Of a DNA stretch of 64,000 bases, positions 9,435 through 21,068 are shown piece after piece. The notes under the pieces are model-generated. The model was not told the origin of the DNA, did not search any database, and saw nothing but the letters and a program-made list of their open reading frames with translations. Origin of the DNA: Armatimonadota bacterium (GTDB lineage Bacteria > Armatimonadota > SYMT01); the NCBI GenBank assembly GCA_046292385.1, contig JBKBRF010000007.1:123247-187246 (forward strand), read 5' to 3'. How positions within the stretch are numbered: position 1 is the first letter of the stretch; each line of letters starts with the position of its first letter. A program made the translations under genes and the position numbers.

Positions 9435-10394
9435 TCAGCGAGCCTGCGGTCGCCACCTCGGGTGAGATCCGGTGGTCAGCAGGCGCGGCTTCGGGTTTTC
9501 GACATTGGTAATGAAGATCTTGCCTTCGCTCTCGTAAGCGATCTCCCTTCCATCCGGCGACCAGGACGCGCGGAGCGAAGAATCCAGGATGTTCTGTCTC
9601 GGCTGCAACTCGGGACGAGCTACCACCACCCGGTCCTGCTTCCCAGCGGGACCAACACTCACTTCAATATCCAGATCGTGATTCAGCCCTTGCGTTGCCA
9701 CGAAGCGCACGAGGAGGTCCCGATCGGGATCGCTGGGACACCATCCGTGGTAGTTGTTCTCATACATCCGCCCGATCTTTGGATCGGGTTGGCTGAGCAC
9801 AAGTGGCTCGAAGCCAGTGTTGGTAAGCTTGATTCCGTCTATGTCAAAACCGAAGTAGAGCTCCACCTGGGTGCTCAAGCGCAGCCCGTCGCGAGACCAG
9901 TCACACAGCTCGCGGGTTAGCGGCCCGTGAATCACTCTGCTCGAGTGATGAAAAACCGACGGGCGCGTCGGGCGCCCGTTTGGATCCACGAAGGCAATAT
10001 GCGTGCCTGCAGGCTCCCCTGCCCGCTCGGATCTCACGTAGGCGAGCTCATCCTTTACTGGCGACCAGAGCGGGGACCAACAGGCTCCCTCTACCACCTT
10101 CTGGGGGCTGCCCCCGGCAGCCGGAATGCGGTGCAGCGTGCCCCGGAAGTCACCGCGTCGATTTCCCCGGATGAAGACGATCTGCTCTCCATCGCGAGAC
10201 CAGGCCGGTGAAGTGTTATTCCGGGTCCCGGTCAGTCGCCGGCGATTCATCCCGTCGGACTGGATCGTCCAGATCGCGCCGCCATCCACGAAGGCTAGCT
10301 GCGGCTTCGTAGCGGCAGGCGGTTTGGGAGCCGCTAACCCGCAGCTCATCGCTGCCAATCCCGCAAGAAGTCCGATCGTCAGCCGCCAGCGCAT
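9435..10394 (-). CDS. TolB-like/PD40 beta-propeller secreted protein or lipoprotein
   Basis: Signal with AMSC lipobox-like site; repeated PxWSxDG motifs. Confidence 0.75.
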   Translation of the reverse strand: MRWRLTIGLLAGLAAMSCGLAAPKPPAATKPQLAFVDGGAIWTIQSDGMNRRRLTGTRNNTSPAWSRDGEQIVFIRGNRRGDFRGTLHRIPAAGGSPQKVVEGACWSPLWSPVKDELAYVRSERAGEPAGTHIAFVDPNGRPTRPSVFHHSSRVIHGPLTRELCDWSRDGLRLSTQVELYFGFDIDGIKLTNTGFEPLVLSQPDPKIGRMYENNYHGWCPSDPDRDLLVRFVATQGLNHDLDIEVSVGPAGKQDRVVVARPELQPRQNILDSSLRASWSPDGREIAYESEGKIFITNVENPKPRLLTTGSHPRWRPQAR

Positions 10395-10432
10395 GGGAGC
10401 CTCCTCTCGCTGAGTTTGGCGGGGTCAGGCCG

Positions 10433-11596
10433 CTATGACGTCGCGCCCGCTTCGAGCAGAATGCGGATAATCGCCTCGTTGCCCCGGCTCCTGGCGAGGG
10501 AGAGCGAGGTCTTTCCGCCGATCATGCGGGCGTTAGAATCCGCGCCGCGAGAGAGCAGCTCCCGCACCGCCTCCGGCTTGTTTCCGGCTACCGCCGCCAG
10601 CAACGGGGTCCACCCGAGCTGATCCCGCTCATCCAACGCCGCGCCGCGCTTCAGCAGCTCGCGAATCAGGCGCAGGTCGCCCCGCCGCGAGGCCCAGATC
10701 AGGACCGTCTCTCCGCTGTAGCGGTCGCGGGCGTTAACCTTGGCGCCGCGCTGGAGGAGCTTCCCGACCTCGGCCGCATCGTTGTTCCGCAGCGCCTCGC
10801 TCATGGCATCGTCCAGGCTCCGCTTTGCGCCGGCCGCCTCCAGGGCCCGGATCACCTCCGGCCGTCCTCTCGCCACGGCATAGGCGAGCGGAGTGTTGCC
10901 CATCCGGTTGGCGACGTGGACATCGGCTCCCGCCTCGAGGAGCCGCCGCACGAAACGCGGCTGGCCGTACTGGATGGCATACTTGAGGGCGGTGTCTCCG
11001 GCCGGGTCCTTCGCATCGACCTCCGCTCCGTGGGCCAGCAGCAGCTCCACGATCAGGGCCGCGGACCGGCTCTCCCTCTCCAGGTGCTGCCGCATCTCGT
11101 CCGACATGCGCACCCGCGGATCGTTCGGATCCGAGGCGGAAACCGCCGTCATCAGCGGCGTCTTCCCCTGCCCGTCCGCCAGGTTCGGATCGGCCCGATG
11201 CTCCAGCAGCTGCCGCACCAGTCCGGGGTTACTCCCGAGCATAGCGAGCGTCAACGCCGTCCAGCCGCGCTCATCCCGCACGTTCGGATCTGCGCCGCGC
11301 TTCAGCAGCTCGCCGCACAGCCGAGCTTCCCCGGCGGCGACAGCCGCAGTCAGCGCGGTCCAGCCGGTGGAGGTGCGAGCGTCCGCCGGTGCGCCCATCT
11401 CTACCAGGGAGCTTACGAGGGTGATGTCGACGGAGAACTCTTTGGAGAACTGCGTCTGCTGCCTCTGGAGCTCTGTCACGAGCTCGGCGCGCAGCCACTC
11501 GACGTGTCGATACCGAAGGGTGCCGATCGCGCCGAGCGCGACCGCGATCACCAGGGCGATGACGGCTCCGATCTCCCAGCGGCGCTTTCGCTCCAT
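10433..11596 (-). CDS. Ankyrin repeat protein with N-terminal TM anchor
   Basis: Multiple G(W)TxL..A...G...LL..GAD.N repeats. Confidence 0.92.
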   Translation of the reverse strand: MERKRRWEIGAVIALVIAVALGAIGTLRYRHVEWLRAELVTELQRQQTQFSKEFSVDITLVSSLVEMGAPADARTSTGWTALTAAVAAGEARLCGELLKRGADPNVRDERGWTALTLAMLGSNPGLVRQLLEHRADPNLADGQGKTPLMTAVSASDPNDPRVRMSDEMRQHLERESRSAALIVELLLAHGAEVDAKDPAGDTALKYAIQYGQPRFVRRLLEAGADVHVANRMGNTPLAYAVARGRPEVIRALEAAGAKRSLDDAMSEALRNNDAAEVGKLLQRGAKVNARDRYSGETVLIWASRRGDLRLIRELLKRGAALDERDQLGWTPLLAAVAGNKPEAVRELLSRGADSNARMIGGKTSLSLARSRGNEAIIRILLEAGATS

Positions 11597-11713
11597 TCGT
11601 TCTCCTGCCTCCAGGATCATGAGTGGAGCCGCCGGGAAAAAGTTGCGACACTCGGATTGCGGCAGCCGGTTTCCGCCGCGCTTCCCGGGCGGATCCACCT
11701 CGGGCCGGGGAAA

Positions 11714-11768
11714 CCCGGGGGCTGCGCTTCGCTGACCCCCGGCTATTCTCCGTCGCCCCGCCGGGGCG
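11714..11768. repeat. REP-like palindromic element
   Basis: CCGGGGG-CTGCGCTTCGCTGA-CCCCCGG hairpin followed by CGCCCCG-C-CGGGGCG. Confidence 0.55.
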
Positions 11769-11865
11769 AGAGTGCCAGCGCTTCACGGTCCCACGGGCTG
11801 CCCCGCCGCAGCGCCCGCCAATCCGGGGCCGGACTGACCTGGCCGCCTCGGTCCGCGGCCGCCCG

Positions 11866-12252
11866 TTACGCGGTTGCCGGTTCGGCGTAGCGGCGCACGA
11901 TCTCCAGCAGCAGCTCCGGCCGCGCGCTCTTGGGGAAGTAGTCGTCGACGGCGAGCGGATCGGTGTGGCGGTGCGGGTGCGGCTGCTCCGTGACGAGGAC
12001 GACCGGGATCTCCGCGAGCTCCGCGTCGGCACGCTGCAGCGCCCGGAACTCGGCGCCGTCCATCTCCGGCATGCGCATGTCGAGCAGGATCACCGCGGGG
12101 CGCAGCCCGGACCGGAGCTGCTGCAGCGCCTCCGCGCCGTTGGAAGCGGTGACGGTCCGATAGCCGCCCAGATCGAGCCAGCGGCCGAGCGCGTAGAGGG
12201 TCGCCTCATCGTCGTCTACCAGCATCACCAACGGCCGTCCCTCACCCGCCAT
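11866..12252 (-). CDS. Single-domain response regulator
   Basis: MLVDDDE, ILLDMRMPEMDG, IPVVLVT motifs. Confidence 0.88.
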   Translation of the reverse strand: MAGEGRPLVMLVDDDEATLYALGRWLDLGGYRTVTASNGAEALQQLRSGLRPAVILLDMRMPEMDGAEFRALQRADAELAEIPVVLVTEQPHPHRHTDPLAVDDYFPKSARPELLLEIVRRYAEPATA

Positions 12253-12334
12253 ACGATCGTGCTCCCGCCTGCCTGCCTCTAACACTGCTTGCGGTGCGTT
12301 ATACCACAGTGGCGCCTGGGAAAACCTCCCCGGA

Positions 12335-12408
<74 letters not shown>

Positions 12409-12431
12409 GCCGTCCTGATCCGTTCCGAGCC

Positions 12432-14186
12432 CTACAGGCCCGGCACGGGCGGGCGGTGCGGGGCGGCCCAGCCGTAGGCGCCCTTCGCTCCCAGCTTGCG
12501 GCGGTAGACCGCGTCACCCGTCGTGACGTAGAGGGTGTCGAGCTCCGCCCCGCCGAGGGTCAGGCTGGTCACCTGGCCGCCCGGCACCGGCAGGATGCAG
12601 TGGACCCGCCCCGGCTGGTCGCAGACCTGGACGCCCATGCGGGTCGCCACGTACAGCCGGCCCTCGCGGTCGACCGCCATGTCCGCGGCGCCGCTGTCCT
12701 CGCTGGTGTCGGGCGAGTGGATCCAGTAGTACTGCTGCTTGTGCTTCAGGGTGCCGTCCGACTGGATCTGGTAGCTGTAGATCCAGTGGGTGCGGCCGTC
12801 CGCCACGTAGAGCAGCGTCTGGTCCGGGGAGAGGGTGATGCCGCTCGCCTGCTCCAGGCCGGTGTCGACCACCTGCTTCTTGCCGTCCGGCCGCACCAGC
12901 CAGACCTTGCTGGCAGCCGCGCCGACGGGCCCCGGCTCCGCGACGTAGACGTTCCCGTTGTGGGCGGCGACCAGGTCAGTCCCGCGGACGCCGCTCGCCA
13001 GCGTGCGGGTCTTGCCGCGGTCATGGACCATGATCTTGCCGTCCGCCGTGACCGCGAAGTGGCGGCCTTCCGGTCCGAACGCCTGTCCCGGCGCCTTGGC
13101 GCGGGAGCCGTGGACCAGGCTGGCGCCGGCGTCGGCACCCAGCCGGTGCGTGCGCCCGGCACCCGGCTCCGTGAAGAAGACCTCGCCGGTAGGGCTCGTG
13201 GCGAGCGCTCCCGGCTTCTCCAGGTCGCCGGCCGCCTTCTCCCAGCCGGCGCCCGGGCGCAGGATCCGGTTCATCGTGTCGTTGCCGGTGCGGCCGTTGC
13301 CCACCGCCGCCGGCCAGCCCTTCCAGAGCCAGCGCATGGCGTCCGGGAAGACCGCGGTGCCGTGCTGGCCGTTGTGGCCGCCCTCGCCCCACACGTGCTC
13401 CACCTCGTAGCCGGCGAACTTGAGGGCGCGCTCCATCATCTGGTTCGCTTCCCACCAGTCGCCCGCGTAGATGTTCAGGTCGTTCCGGCCGTCCTGCAGG
13501 AAGACGCGGATCGGCTTCGGCTCGTACTTGCGGAGCAGCGTGGGGTAGCGGTCCGCCCCGCGGATGCCGACGTAGGTGCCGATGGCGCTGAAGACGCGGC
13601 TGAACTGGTCCGGCCGCTCCCACGCGGCGGTGAAGGCGCAGACCGCGCCGCTGCTGGAGCCGCCGATCGCCCGGTCCGCCGCGCGGCGGGAGAGGCGGAT
13701 CGCGCGGCCGTCGGAGGTTTTCTTCTTCTCCACGTCCGGGAGCAGCTCTTCCACCAGGAAGCGCGCGTACCGGTCGCCGAGACCGTCGTACTCCAGGCTG
13801 CGGTTGAAGCGGTCGAGCGCGGCCTGCTCGTTCGCCGCGCGGACTCGGCCGTGCATCACGAAGACGCCGATCGTCACCGGCATCTCCTTCTTGTGGATCA
13901 GGTTGTCGAAGACGGTCGGCGCCTGCCACTGGATGCCGTCCTGGTTGACGTAGAGGCAGGCCGGGGTGGCCGGGTTGTACTGCGCCGGTACGTAGACCCA
14001 GTAGTCCCGGTAGGTGCCGGGGAAGATCCTGGAGTCCTCGAAGCTGAACTTGAGCACCTCGCCCTTGGGGACGCCGGGCTGCGGCTTGGAGTCGGGGCCC
14101 GGCTCGTACTGGGCGGCGGCGCCGGTGGCGAGGCACGCGGCGAGCGCCGCGCCCGCCAGCGCGGGGAGTAGACGGAGCGGTTGCAT
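12432..14186 (-). CDS. Secreted esterase (Fes-like alpha/beta hydrolase) fused to SMP-30/gluconolactonase propeller
   Basis: Signal peptide, GGSSSGAV nucleophile elbow, LQDGRND, GGHN; C-terminal SGL-type repeats. Confidence 0.88.
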   Translation of the reverse strand: MQPLRLLPALAGAALAACLATGAAAQYEPGPDSKPQPGVPKGEVLKFSFEDSRIFPGTYRDYWVYVPAQYNPATPACLYVNQDGIQWQAPTVFDNLIHKKEMPVTIGVFVMHGRVRAANEQAALDRFNRSLEYDGLGDRYARFLVEELLPDVEKKKTSDGRAIRLSRRAADRAIGGSSSGAVCAFTAAWERPDQFSRVFSAIGTYVGIRGADRYPTLLRKYEPKPIRVFLQDGRNDLNIYAGDWWEANQMMERALKFAGYEVEHVWGEGGHNGQHGTAVFPDAMRWLWKGWPAAVGNGRTGNDTMNRILRPGAGWEKAAGDLEKPGALATSPTGEVFFTEPGAGRTHRLGADAGASLVHGSRAKAPGQAFGPEGRHFAVTADGKIMVHDRGKTRTLASGVRGTDLVAAHNGNVYVAEPGPVGAAASKVWLVRPDGKKQVVDTGLEQASGITLSPDQTLLYVADGRTHWIYSYQIQSDGTLKHKQQYYWIHSPDTSEDSGAADMAVDREGRLYVATRMGVQVCDQPGRVHCILPVPGGQVTSLTLGGAELDTLYVTTGDAVYRRKLGAKGAYGWAAPHRPPVPGL

Positions 14187-14408
14187 GGGGTTTTCTGTTC
14201 CGAGCTATCGATAAGGATCAACCGGAGCGCGCTTGCTCCGGGACCGTTACTATTCGTAAGCTACTCTGCGGACTCCCGGAACGCCTCCTCGCCGCCTGTC
14301 GCAGGCTGGCTTGGAGGTCGGACGCTGTTCCTTCCAGAACGAGGGACGGGTACCCGCGTCTGAGTCATGAGGCGGGACCGGTGTCTGGTGCGAGCAGTGG
14401 AGAGCGAG

Positions 14409-17400
14409 ATGGTGGAGCGAAGTAGAAGGCTCGGCTGGGGCGCGGTCGGCCGCCGGGCGGCCTGGGCGGCGGTGCCTCTGGCGCTGCTGGCGGCGCTGAA
14501 CGCGGCGGCGGAGGTCGGCGCCGTCCGTGCGGGCACGCCCGCGGGCGCGATCGACTTCAACCGGGACATCCGGCCGATCCTCTCCACCAACTGCTACGCC
14601 TGCCACGGGCAGGACTCCGGCTCGCGGCAGGCGAAGCTCCGGCTCGACACGCGGGAGGGCGCCACGGCGCCGCGGAGCGGGATGCGCGCGGTGGAGCCGG
14701 GGAAGCCGGAGCAGAGCTCCCTGGTAGCGCGGATCAACGCCACGAACGCGCTGGTGATGCCGCCGGAGGCGAGCGGCCACCGTCTCACCGCGGAGCAGAA
14801 GCGGCTGCTGGCGGAGTGGGTCCGCCAGGGCGCGCCGTACGCGGAGCACTGGTCGTTCGCCCCGCTGCGCCGGCCGGAGCTGCCGCGAGTGCGGAACGCG
14901 GCGTGGGTGAAGAGCCCGATCGACGCCTTCGTGCTGGCCCGCCTGGAGAAAGAAGGCCTCGCCCCCGCCCCGGCCGCGGACCGGTACACCCTGATCCGCC
15001 GGGTGGCGCTCGACCTGACCGGTCTCCCGCCCGAGCCGGAGCTGGTGAACGCGTTTCTCGACGACAACTCGCCCGACGCCTACGAGAAGGCGGTCGACCG
15101 GCTCCTCGCCTCGCCCCGCTTCGGGGAGCACTGGGCCCGGATGTGGCTCGACCTCGCCCGCTACGCCGACTCGCAGGGCTACGAGAAGGACCTGCCCCGC
15201 ACGATCTGGCGCTACCGCGACTGGGTGATCGACGCCTACAACCGTGATCTCCCGTACGACCGCTTCACGATCGAGCAGCTCGCCGGCGACCTGCTTCCGA
15301 ATCCGACTCCGGACCAGCTCCTCGCCACCGCGTTCCACCGCAACACGATGACGAACACGGAAGGCGGTACCGATCCGGAAGAGTTTCGGGTCGCGGCGGT
15401 GAAGGACCGGGTCGATACCACCGCGCAGGTCTGGATGGGGCTCACCGTCGGCTGCGCCAAGTGCCACACCCACAAGTACGACCCGATCACGATCGAGGAC
15501 TACTACCGCTTCTACGCGCTCTTCGACCAGACCGAGGACGCCAACCGCTTCGACGAGGCGCCGACCGTTCCGACTCCCACGGAAGCGCAGCGCCGCCGGA
15601 GCGCCGCGCTCGACGAGCGGCTGAAGGGGCTGCGGGAGGCGTTCTGGCAGCCGGTTCCGGGGCTGGAGAGCCGGCAGCGGGAGTGGGAGGCGAAGCTGGC
15701 CGCGGAGCGGCTCTGGACCCCGCTCCGGTTCGAGAGCGCGCGGGCGGAGAGCGGCGCCGAGCTGAAGCACCGGGACGATGGCGCGGTCCTGGTCTCCGGC
15801 GCGAAGGCGGAGAAGGATACCTACACGCTCACCCTGCCGCTGCCGGAAGGCCGCGCGGGCGCGCTCCGGCTGGAGGCGCTGAAGGATCCCTCGCTGCCGA
15901 ACGGCGGCCCGGGCCGCGATGCGGCCGACCAGAACGTGGTCACCTCCGAGCTGACGGTCGAGCTGCTCGCCCCCGACGGCACCCGCACGCCCGTCGCGCT
16001 CACCGGCGCCCGCGCCGATTTCCAGCAGGGCGGCTGGCCGGTGGCGGCAGCGGTCGACGGCAAGCCGGACAGCGGCTGGGCCTGGGCGCCGCAGAACGGG
16101 CAGCCGCACGTGGCGGTCTTCGACTTCAAGACGCCGGTCACGGCGCCGGGCGGCAAGCTGGTGGTGAAGATCGAGCAGCACTTCGCGCGCCTGCAGCACG
16201 GCTGTTTCCGCCTCTCCGTCAGCGGCGCCGAGGCGAAGCTCTTGAAGGCGGAGCTGACGCCGCTGAGCGACCTGGCGGCAGCCTCGCGGGAGCGCCGCTC
16301 CGATGCGGACCGGCGGCGGCTCGAGGAAGCGTTCCGCCAGGTGCACGAGCCGACGTCGCTCGTCTACAAAGACCTCCAGGCGGCGGAGGGGGAGCGGGCG
16401 GCGCTCGACCGCGAGATCCCGCGCACCCCGGTCATGCGGGACCTCCCGCCGGATCGCGCCCGCGTGACGAAGATCCACCAGCGGGGCAACTTCCTCGACC
16501 CGGGGGAGAAGGTCGCCCCCGCGGTCCTCGCCTCGTTCCATCCGCTGCCGTCCGGCGCCCCCGCCAACCGGCTTGGCGCCGCGCAGTGGCTCGTCTCTCC
16601 GGAGAACCCCCTTACCCCGCGCGTGGCGGTGAACCGCGTCTGGGCGCGGATCTTCGGCACCGGCCTGGTGGAGACCGAAGAGGACTTCGGCTCCCAGGGG
16701 ACGCTGCCGACCCATCCGGAGCTGCTCGATTACCTGGCTTCCCTTTTTGCGGCGCCGGCTACTTCTGCCGATCCCGACAGAGAGACAGAGAGACGGAGTG
16801 ACGGAGAGAACCGTGACCGCAAGGCGGGATCAGGCCCGCGAGAGGCGGGGGTTCGGACTCCCTCTGTCCCTCTGTCTCTCCGTCCCTCTGTCTCCCCATC
16901 TCGAGGCCCGAAGGGGCTCGGCTGGTCGCACAAGCAGCTCTGCAAGACGATCGTGATGTCGGCGACCTACCGGCAGGCGGCGCGCGTCTCGCCGGAGAAG
17001 GCGACGCGCGATCCGAACAACCAGCTCTTCAGCCGGGGTCCGCGCTTCCGGCTGCCGGCGGAGGTGATCCGCGACCAGGCGCTGGCGTCGTCCGGACTGC
17101 TCTCCGATAAGATGCACGGCCCCTCCGTGATGCCGCCGCAGCCGGACGGGCTGTGGAAGACGGTCTATAGCGGCCTGACCTGGAAGACCAGCGAGGGCGA
17201 AGACCGGTACCGCCGCGGCCTCTACACCTTCTGGCGCCGCTCCACGCCGTACCCGTCGCTCACCACCTTCGACGCCGGCAGCGGCGAGTTCTGCGTGGTG
17301 CGCCGGGTGCGGACCAACACCCCGCTCCAGGCGCTGGTGACGCTGAACGACCCCGCCTTCGTAGAAGCGGCCGGGGCGCTCGGCCGGCGGATGGTGGAAG

Positions 17401-17666
17401 CCCCCGGCGCCGACGTGCGAGCCCGGCTGGCCTATGGCGTGCGGTGGGTGCTGGTCCGCCCCGCGGCCGGCACGGAGCTGGCGCGCCTGGAGCGCCTCCA
17501 TGCCGCCACCCTGGCTGACTACCGCGAAAAACCCGAAGCTGCCACCGCGTTACTGAAAGCGGCTGGCCAGTCTCCTAAGGCCGGACAGGACGCCGCGGAC
17601 CTAGCGGCCTACGTGGTCGTCGCGAACGTATTGCTCAACCTTGACGAGGCGTTGACTAAACCATAG
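14409..17666 (+). CDS. PSD1 and planctomycete cytochrome c domain protein (DUF1549/DUF1553)
   Basis: CYACHG and CAKCHTH heme motifs, WLDLARYADS, NPLTPRVAVNRVW, TNTPLQAL. Confidence 0.93.
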   Translation: MVERSRRLGWGAVGRRAAWAAVPLALLAALNAAAEVGAVRAGTPAGAIDFNRDIRPILSTNCYACHGQDSGSRQAKLRLDTREGATAPRSGMRAVEPGKPEQSSLVARINATNALVMPPEASGHRLTAEQKRLLAEWVRQGAPYAEHWSFAPLRRPELPRVRNAAWVKSPIDAFVLARLEKEGLAPAPAADRYTLIRRVALDLTGLPPEPELVNAFLDDNSPDAYEKAVDRLLASPRFGEHWARMWLDLARYADSQGYEKDLPRTIWRYRDWVIDAYNRDLPYDRFTIEQLAGDLLPNPTPDQLLATAFHRNTMTNTEGGTDPEEFRVAAVKDRVDTTAQVWMGLTVGCAKCHTHKYDPITIEDYYRFYALFDQTEDANRFDEAPTVPTPTEAQRRRSAALDERLKGLREAFWQPVPGLESRQREWEAKLAAERLWTPLRFESARAESGAELKHRDDGAVLVSGAKAEKDTYTLTLPLPEGRAGALRLEALKDPSLPNGGPGRDAADQNVVTSELTVELLAPDGTRTPVALTGARADFQQGGWPVAAAVDGKPDSGWAWAPQNGQPHVAVFDFKTPVTAPGGKLVVKIEQHFARLQHGCFRLSVSGAEAKLLKAELTPLSDLAAASRERRSDADRRRLEEAFRQVHEPTSLVYKDLQAAEGERAALDREIPRTPVMRDLPPDRARVTKIHQRGNFLDPGEKVAPAVLASFHPLPSGAPANRLGAAQWLVSPENPLTPRVAVNRVWARIFGTGLVETEEDFGSQGTLPTHPELLDYLASLFAAPATSADPDRETERRSDGENRDRKAGSGPREAGVRTPSVPLSLRPSVSPSRGPKGLGWSHKQLCKTIVMSATYRQAARVSPEKATRDPNNQLFSRGPRFRLPAEVIRDQALASSGLLSDKMHGPSVMPPQPDGLWKTVYSGLTWKTSEGEDRYRRGLYTFWRRSTPYPSLTTFDAGSGEFCVVRRVRTNTPLQALVTLNDPAFVEAAGALGRRMVEAPGADVRARLAYGVRWVLVRPAAGTELARLERLHAATLADYREKPEAATALLKAAGQSPKAGQDAADLAAYVVVANVLLNLDEALTKP
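16776..16902. repeat. 8-nt-period palindromic element inserted in-frame in the DUF1553 gene
   Basis: (GACAGAGA/GACGGAGA)n arm and complementary (TCCCTCTG/TCTCTCCG)n arm; same unit at 63842-63883. Confidence 0.75.
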
Positions 17667-17672
17667 GCAGTC

Positions 17673-17822
17673 GTATTGCGTATCCCGTATTGCGTAGCGT
17701 CATGCCTGGAGCGCTCGGCCAGAACGTCGTGCCGGGCGGACCGCCGAGCTACTTTTCGCCCGGCGCGAAATTCTCGAGAAGCGAGCCAAGCGCTCCGCTA
17801 CGCAACACGGAATACGCAATAC
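17673..17822. mobile_element. MITE-like hairpin element with 7-nt-period arms (TACGCAA/TACGGAA)
   Basis: 27-bp inverted repeat 17673-17699 / 17796-17822 with 2 mismatches; further arm at 18393-18420; sister copy at 43725-43879. Confidence 0.75.
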
Positions 17823-17838
17823 CGAATACCAGAACACG

Positions 17839-18309
17839 ATGCTCGATTACCGCGAGTGGGAAAAGACAGTTCCGACCTGTATTCGCCGCGACGCGCTCTG
17901 GAGCGAGCACGTCTATCGCCTCGCGCTTTTTGTGGCGGATACCGGCTGGGAGGACGTCGCTACCCTCACTCGAGATCGGCGCACGATGTCGACCGTAGAT
18001 CAGCTCGTCCGAGCGCTGGGGTCAATCAGCGCGAATATCGCCGAGGGTTACTCGCGAGGTTCCGGACGAGACCGATGCCGATTCTATGAGTATGCACTCG
18101 GCTCAGCTCGCGAAAGCCGGGACTGGTATTACAAGCTCCGTCACGTCCTCGGGTCGGAGCTCATCGAACACCGTTTGAACATCTTGACCGAAGTCATTCG
18201 GCTGCTCCTCGCCATTATCCCGAAAGAGCGCTCGCTCCGCGTGGGAGAGCCCGAAGCTGTTTACGATGTCGCCGCGGAGCCGGTGGAGCTGAGTCTCGAT
18301 GGCGGTTGA
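17839..18309 (+). CDS. Four helix bundle protein (23S rRNA IVS-protein family)
   Basis: DQLVRALGSISANIAEGYSRGS...RFYEYALGSARESRDWY. Confidence 0.92.
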   Translation: MLDYREWEKTVPTCIRRDALWSEHVYRLALFVADTGWEDVATLTRDRRTMSTVDQLVRALGSISANIAEGYSRGSGRDRCRFYEYALGSARESRDWYYKLRHVLGSELIEHRLNILTEVIRLLLAIIPKERSLRVGEPEAVYDVAAEPVELSLDGG

Positions 18310-18423
18310 CGACGACCGCTCCGGGGTCGCGGGCCCCGTTCCCAATAGCGCCTCGCCCGGCACGACGCCGCCGAAAGCTCCGCGAGGCCTTCCGCTACGC
18401 AATACGCACTACGGAATACGAGA

Positions 18424-19947
<1,524 letters not shown>

Positions 19948-20030
19948 CACTCGCTCTCTCCCGCGCATGAATGCCGCGGTGCCTCCCCCGGGTATACGGG
20001 GCCGGGATCGACCCCGGGGAGGAGCATGAC

Positions 20031-21068
20031 GTGGAGAACAGAGAGCGGGCGGCCGGCGAGTTGCGGGTGATGAGCTTTAACGTGTTGTTCGATACGGCGA
20101 ACAATCCCGCCGGCCAGTGGGAGCAGCGGCGTCCACTCGTGCGGCAAGTTATTCACGACTGGCAGCCCGACGTCATCGGGGTGCAGGAAGCGACGCCGGG
20201 CCAGCTCCGCGATCTCTGCCAGGACCTGCCGGAATACGGTGTCGTCGAGGGCCGCCGCAGCGGGCAGAGCAAGGTCCCGCTCTGGATCGTCACCCTCTCG
20301 CCGCTGCTCCTGGGCGCCGCGGCGGCAGCCAGGAGCCGGGCTCCGAAGGCGGTTTCCGGCACCCTGGCCGCCGCCGCGGCGGTACCGGTGCTGGGCACGG
20401 CGGCCGGACTGATCGCCAGTGGGAAGTCGTTCTTCCGCGGCGCCTACCGCCCCGTCTTCTATCGCCGCGACAGGCTCCGCCTGCGGGAGAGCGACGCCTT
20501 CGACATGGCGGAGCCGATCGACGATCCGCTGACGCTGCTGCTCGGAACCTGGCTGCCGCGGACCGGAACCCGGGTGCGCCTGGAGACGCTCGACGGACGG
20601 GCGTTCTCCCTCTTCAACGTCCACATCGACTACATGAGGTACATCACGCGGGGCAGCATCCAGCGGCTCCGCGACTACCTCGACGCGCACTGGGACGGCA
20701 CGCCGCAGATCCTGACGGGCGACTTCAACGTCGATCTCGACAGCGAGGAGTGCGCGATCCTCCTTCGGCCCAACGAGGAGCCGGGCATGGAGAGCAGTTG
20801 GTGCATCGCGCGGGAGCGGCTCGGCCCGGAGATCACCTCGCACCAGGGCCTCGGGATCGACAGCCCCCACGCTGCGCGCGCCGACCATGTCATGCTGCGC
20901 CCGGGGCTTCCGGTCGCCCGGGTGGTCACCGTAACCGATCACTCGGACGGGGCCTATCCCTCCGACCACTTCCCGGTGGTGGTGGACCTTTGCCTCGAGA
21001 CCACTGCCGCAGGGACGGGGGTTGCCTCCTCGACCGGGAGCAGCGAGGCGAGCCCCTGCCCGGTCTGA
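20031..21068 (+). CDS. Endonuclease/exonuclease/phosphatase family protein with hydrophobic insertion
   Basis: VMSFNV, DVIGVQE, GDFN, DHV, SDHFPV motifs; start codon uncertain. Confidence 0.88.
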   Translation: MENRERAAGELRVMSFNVLFDTANNPAGQWEQRRPLVRQVIHDWQPDVIGVQEATPGQLRDLCQDLPEYGVVEGRRSGQSKVPLWIVTLSPLLLGAAAAARSRAPKAVSGTLAAAAAVPVLGTAAGLIASGKSFFRGAYRPVFYRRDRLRLRESDAFDMAEPIDDPLTLLLGTWLPRTGTRVRLETLDGRAFSLFNVHIDYMRYITRGSIQRLRDYLDAHWDGTPQILTGDFNVDLDSEECAILLRPNEEPGMESSWCIARERLGPEITSHQGLGIDSPHAARADHVMLRPGLPVARVVTVTDHSDGAYPSDHFPVVVDLCLETTAAGTGVASSTGSSEASPCPV

